From Opitutia bacterium (lineage in GTDB: Bacteria; Verrucomicrobiota; Verrucomicrobiia; Opitutales; Seribacteraceae), in the NCBI GenBank assembly GCA_002726435.1, contig PBSV01000006.1, forward strand, positions 19,531 to 81,455: a stretch of DNA of 61,925 bases, written 5' to 3'. The notes under the pieces were generated by a model. That model had not been told where the DNA came from, did no database searches, and saw nothing but the letters and a program-made list of their open reading frames with translations. Numbering within the stretch: the first letter of the stretch is position 1; every line of letters begins with the position of its first letter. Both the position numbers and the translations under genes were made by a program. This document shows positions 58,190 through 61,925 of this stretch, piece after piece.

Positions 58190-59184
58190 GGATCTGTACA
58201 AACGGGACACGCTTCCACCCAATGATTGGGTGAGATTTCAATGTATGGGGGTCTCTCTTCAAGGACCTCTCGGGAGTGATGTGAGCCACTCCTCGCGGCA
58301 AAGCGGCACCCTCTGCTAAGTTCGGAAATACTTGGGACCATTCCTTCAATCGCAGCAAGCTTGGTCTTTGGATCCCCATCGAGGCGGGGTATGGATGAAA
58401 GAAGTCCACGGGTGTAGGCATGGCGGGGATTGGCGAAAAGGTCACGCGTACTCGCTCTCTCAACAATCCGCCCGGCGTACATCACGCATACTTCGTCACA
58501 CGTTTCAGCAATAACTCCCAAGTCATGGGTGATTAAGAGAACTGAAGAATCAATTTTTTCCCTTAAGCTTTGCAAGAGATCTAAAATTTGAGACTGCACG
58601 GTAACATCCAGTGCGGTAGTGGGCTCATCAGCTATGACAAGTTTTGGCTTACATGCCAGTGCAATTGCAATGACAATTCGTTGCCTCATTCCACCCGATA
58701 ATTGATGAGGGAATTCAAAGACCCGGTTTTCGGGAGCTGGAATCCCAACCTGTTCCAGCATCTCAATTGATTTTTGCCAAGCTTCTTGTGGACTAATGTC
58801 CTGATGGAGTTGAAAAGACTCGCAGACCTGATCACCGATGGACATGACCGGATTTAATGCATTCATCGGTTCCTGGAAAATCATTCCTATTTCATTTCCT
58901 CGAACCTGCCTCATTTCATCGGAAGTTAGTTTCAATAAATCCTTTCCCTCAAAATAAATACTTCCACCGTTTATTTTTCCGATCGGCCTTGGTAGGAGCC
59001 TCATGACTGAAAGTGCGGTCACGCTTTTTCCGCACCCCGACTCCCCGACCAATCCAAGAGTCTGCCCATGCTTTATATCAAAATCGACCGCATCCAATGC
59101 CTCCAATTCCCCCTCATCACTTGAAAATGAGACAGAAAGGTTTTTTACCCTCAATAATGAGTCAGTCCGTGTATCACTAGTCAT
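58186..59184 (-). CDS. oppD: Peptide ABC transporter ATP-binding protein (OppD/DppD-like)
   Basis: GESGCGKSVT, IFQEPM, LSGGMRQR, ADEPTTALDV, THDLG, HAYTRGLL. Confidence 0.92.
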   Translation of the reverse strand: MTSDTRTDSLLRVKNLSVSFSSDEGELEALDAVDFDIKHGQTLGLVGESGCGKSVTALSVMRLLPRPIGKINGGSIYFEGKDLLKLTSDEMRQVRGNEIGMIFQEPMNALNPVMSIGDQVCESFQLHQDISPQEAWQKSIEMLEQVGIPAPENRVFEFPHQLSGGMRQRIVIAIALACKPKLVIADEPTTALDVTVQSQILDLLQSLREKIDSSVLLITHDLGVIAETCDEVCVMYAGRIVERASTRDLFANPRHAYTRGLLSSIPRLDGDPKTKLAAIEGMVPSISELSRGCRFAARSGSHHSREVLEERPPYIEISPNHWVEACPVCTDP

Positions 59185-59204
59185 GAAAAAAATCAGACAT
59201 TATT

Positions 59205-61412
59205 TTATTTTGTGAGGTACTTTTTATATACCCGGACCGATGGTTTTGAAGAAACAGGCGTACCGGTTTCCATTGCGTCGAGGGTTTTTTGCTTCTCTTG
59301 AGAATCAATCCAAAAAACCTGAAATTCTTGGTAATCTGTTGATTCTTTGGGCCCCCAGTCATCTGGAAACTGGAGCCAGTTCCAATGTCCCGCCCGAAGC
59401 CACGGTTTTTTCCAGGCGGGTACCCAAACTGCATGGTCATGAATCATTTCACTTAAGCGGTGAGCCATTTCAGTGATTCTACCAAGGTCCACCTCTTCAC
59501 GGTATCGATCAATCAGTTGGTCCAATTCACGAACCGCAGTTTGGGTGAAATTATTGGTGCTCGTCCTTGTGGTAAGTCCTGACTTTAAGGATCCATTTTC
59601 TTGATACTTTGAATTGCCTTTTTCCTGGTAAGCATTGTCCGAATGAAAAGGTTCCCAAAACCTTGGAAAAAGTTCCACAAATGTACCAAATGCGGAAAAA
59701 ATTACCTGATGATTTTTTTCATTCGCCATTTTCCAAGCCGCGGTTGGCTCGAGCACTTTTAACTTAATTTCAAGTCCCGCTTTTTTGGCTTCTTCCTTCA
59801 GTACGACCAAGACATCTTCATAATGCTTGTAACCGGTCATTACTTCAATGGATAGTTTTTCTCCTGCCGCATTCATTAAGATTCCATCTTTTCCTCTTTT
59901 CGAATAGCCGGCTCGGGAAAAGCTTTCCACTGCTTTTTCCACGGAGAATTCTCTGGCCTTAAGTTGTGGATGTGATCTATCACCAAAGCCGTCCGCCACG
60001 GTATTCATTCGAACAAAATCTCCGCGAAAGATTCTTTCCAGCACGAGTCCAAAATTCATAGCGTGATGAAAGCCAACCCGTACATCAAGATTATCAAGCG
60101 GCGCCTTTTGGGAATTTATCCTGAGGGCATAACTAGGTGGGGGAGCTTGGTTGAAAAATGTAACTTTATTTATGTATCCATTTTTTACCAAAGGATGGTC
60201 ATCTGCTAATTTTTCGTACCAATATTCGGTCTTGGCCAATCCGAAAGCATCTATCTGCCCTTTAAGGAAAACCTCAAATGCTTTATCAGTATCCCTAATC
60301 ACGCTTACCTTGATCCGGTCGGGATTGAAACGCTTACGAAAAAACGGTTTATCATTGGCCCACCAATCATTTTGTCTCACCAGTGTAACCGATTTTCCTT
60401 TGTCCACATTTTTGGGTAATGCCACATATGCCCCTGTGGTTGGTTCTGGGTTCCACTGGTATTTCGCTAAGTACTCTCCTCCTAACTCCGAGTAAAAATG
60501 TTCTGGCTTAGGCCGAATTGAGACTCTTTCGACAATGTCTGGTTTGGCTTTATAAAAAGTAATCGAAAGAGTCCGTTCATCATACAAGGTGACTTTTTGA
60601 AACTTATCCTTTCCATAAAAATCATTATACCAGGGTGCTTGTATATGCTTGCTTCTCATGAAGTAAAAAAAGAAGAAATAATCAGAAGCTTTAACCAGAT
60701 TACCGTCACTAAAACGGGCATTCGGATCAAGGCGGAAGTAAACGGTACATCCGTCCTTGCCAACCGCCCATTCATCTGCAACTCCGGGGTAGTATCCGTC
60801 AGAATTAGGGTGGGCATGGGTTAAGCTGATCACATTATTATCAAGAAGATAGCTCCGAAATCCTCCATTGGCATCCGGGCCAATCGTTCTGAGGGTACGA
60901 GGAAAGTCAGACATATAAGCATGGAAGGTCCCACCCCTCTTGGCTTCAGGCGAAGAAAATTCCTTTTCATTGGAACCATCCTGCCAATTCAAATCATCGG
61001 GTATCTGCCTTGGAGATAAAATCGAAAAGCAATCCGCATTATTTAGGTAGAATTCAAGAACATCCTCTGAACAATGACTGAGTAAAGAATGAGGCTTTCC
61101 TCTCGCGTCAACAAGGCCGGTTTTTATATCTTTCTTATTGTTTTTATCCAGTGATTCATTCGCATCAAATGTAAGGGCGTTATGGTTTATTTGTTTGGCA
61201 AATTCCTTCACAAACTCTCTGGCAAATTCACGGGCTAGTTCACGGGTGAATTCACGGTCAACTTGATCAGAAATATTGGATTTTTCTTCTGTCTGTTCAG
61301 ATTTACTTTGTCCGGGCTGTTTTAACTTTGGTTCTTCACAAGCTTGGAAAAGAAGAGCGACGTTTGCGATAATGAGTGAAATTAAGAATTTTATTTTTTT
61401 TATGTCATTCAT
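59205..61412 (-). CDS. Peptide ABC transporter substrate-binding lipoprotein (family 5, YejA-like)
   Basis: Lipobox FQA-C; PEAKRGG, FRLDPNARFSDG, PTTGAY, WWANDKP, RFNPDRI; ATG 61412. Confidence 0.9.
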   Translation of the reverse strand: MNDIKKIKFLISLIIANVALLFQACEEPKLKQPGQSKSEQTEEKSNISDQVDREFTRELAREFAREFVKEFAKQINHNALTFDANESLDKNNKKDIKTGLVDARGKPHSLLSHCSEDVLEFYLNNADCFSILSPRQIPDDLNWQDGSNEKEFSSPEAKRGGTFHAYMSDFPRTLRTIGPDANGGFRSYLLDNNVISLTHAHPNSDGYYPGVADEWAVGKDGCTVYFRLDPNARFSDGNLVKASDYFFFFYFMRSKHIQAPWYNDFYGKDKFQKVTLYDERTLSITFYKAKPDIVERVSIRPKPEHFYSELGGEYLAKYQWNPEPTTGAYVALPKNVDKGKSVTLVRQNDWWANDKPFFRKRFNPDRIKVSVIRDTDKAFEVFLKGQIDAFGLAKTEYWYEKLADDHPLVKNGYINKVTFFNQAPPPSYALRINSQKAPLDNLDVRVGFHHAMNFGLVLERIFRGDFVRMNTVADGFGDRSHPQLKAREFSVEKAVESFSRAGYSKRGKDGILMNAAGEKLSIEVMTGYKHYEDVLVVLKEEAKKAGLEIKLKVLEPTAAWKMANEKNHQVIFSAFGTFVELFPRFWEPFHSDNAYQEKGNSKYQENGSLKSGLTTRTSTNNFTQTAVRELDQLIDRYREEVDLGRITEMAHRLSEMIHDHAVWVPAWKKPWLRAGHWNWLQFPDDWGPKESTDYQEFQVFWIDSQEKQKTLDAMETGTPVSSKPSVRVYKKYLTK
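61197..61256 (-). repeat. Five imperfect 12-bp tandem units encoding REFT-RELA-REFA-REFV-KEFA
   Basis: Minus strand cgtgaattcacc cgtgaactagcc cgtgaatttgcc agagagtttgtg aaggaatttgcc. Confidence 0.8.
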
Positions 61413-61925
61413 AAGAAGAGAATTTTTTTGGATCAAAAGCTTCCCTTACTGCTTCGCCGACAAAGGTAACCAAAGTAAGGGTTATTACAAGTGCAGTGAC
61501 AGTGGAGATGACCATCCATGGAGCAGTTTTAAGATTTCCCACAGCCTGCTTCAGAAGTTCTCCCCAACTTGGGGTTGGTGGAGGTAAACCGTAACCCAAA
61601 AAATCCAGCGCAGTAATCGAGGAAATAGCCGCCGCTACGGTAAATGGGGCAAAAGTAACAAGGGTGGAAACAACATTGGGTAAAAGATGGCGAAAAATAA
61701 TTCGCAAAGGGCCGGCTCCAATTACTTTGGCTGCGGAAATATAATCACGGACTTTCTCTTTAAACACCGCTGCCCGTACATAGTAAGTCAGGCCCGTCCA
61801 TGAAAAAAGAACCATGATAAACAAAAGAGAGGATACCTGCCATCCTACTCCCCACCAACCCGGCATCACCGAGACTAGAATAATCACCATGTATAGGAAA
61901 GGTACATTTGCCCAGATTTCAACCA
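61405..61925 (-). CDS. Peptide ABC transporter permease (OppC/YejE-like), 5' part outside the window
   Basis: Frame is open to the window edge (VEIWANVPFLYM...); EAA loop YISAAKVIGA, RHLLPN, LDFLGYGLPPPTPSWGELL, GEAVREAFDP. Confidence 0.92.
   Translation of the reverse strand, partial: VEIWANVPFLYMVIILVSVMPGWWGVGWQVSSLLFIMVLFSWTGLTYYVRAAVFKEKVRDYISAAKVIGAGPLRIIFRHLLPNVVSTLVTFAPFTVAAAISSITALDFLGYGLPPPTPSWGELLKQAVGNLKTAPWMVISTVTALVITLTLVTFVGEAVREAFDPKKFSSYE

Noticed and set aside
1-61925. CRISPR arrays, IS elements, prophage or defence genes
   Set aside because: No regularly spaced repeats, transposase, integrase, phage structural or known defence motifs were recognised.

Overview
Dense, gene-rich bacterial chromosome segment, most likely from a marine PVC-superphylum genome (Verrucomicrobiota/Opitutales-like). 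This is inferred from two DUF1549/DUF1553 + DUF1501 pairs, sulfatases, GYF_2, ThuA and DUF1080 proteins. Housekeeping genes (gcvPB, hflX, ppdK, tatC, hslR, tRNA-Gln, pyrH, frr, proB, UvrD-family helicase, dcd, rlmN) flank a roughly 16-46 kb accessory region of exported sugar/sulfate/phosphate-processing enzymes. The window ends in a long minus-strand run: peptide ABC transporter, three TPR proteins, ExbB + two ExbD, glyoxalase, gluconokinase and DUF1080. No CRISPR array, transposase, integrase or prophage gene was recognised. The most striking observations are: (1) a TatC with a SAM (sterile alpha motif)-like domain inserted in its first periplasmic loop plus an extra C-terminal TM segment; (2) an orphan ExbB/ExbD/ExbD proton-motor locus coupled to TPR/EF-hand proteins instead of TonB or TolA; (3) a GYF_2-TM-DUF1549/1553 heme protein; (4) a MORN-variant lipoprotein with a polyproline tail carrying six NPF motifs; (5) a probable new glycoside hydrolase; and (6) a recurring promoter geometry suggesting leaderless mRNAs. 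All domain calls are by eye from motifs; no searches were run.
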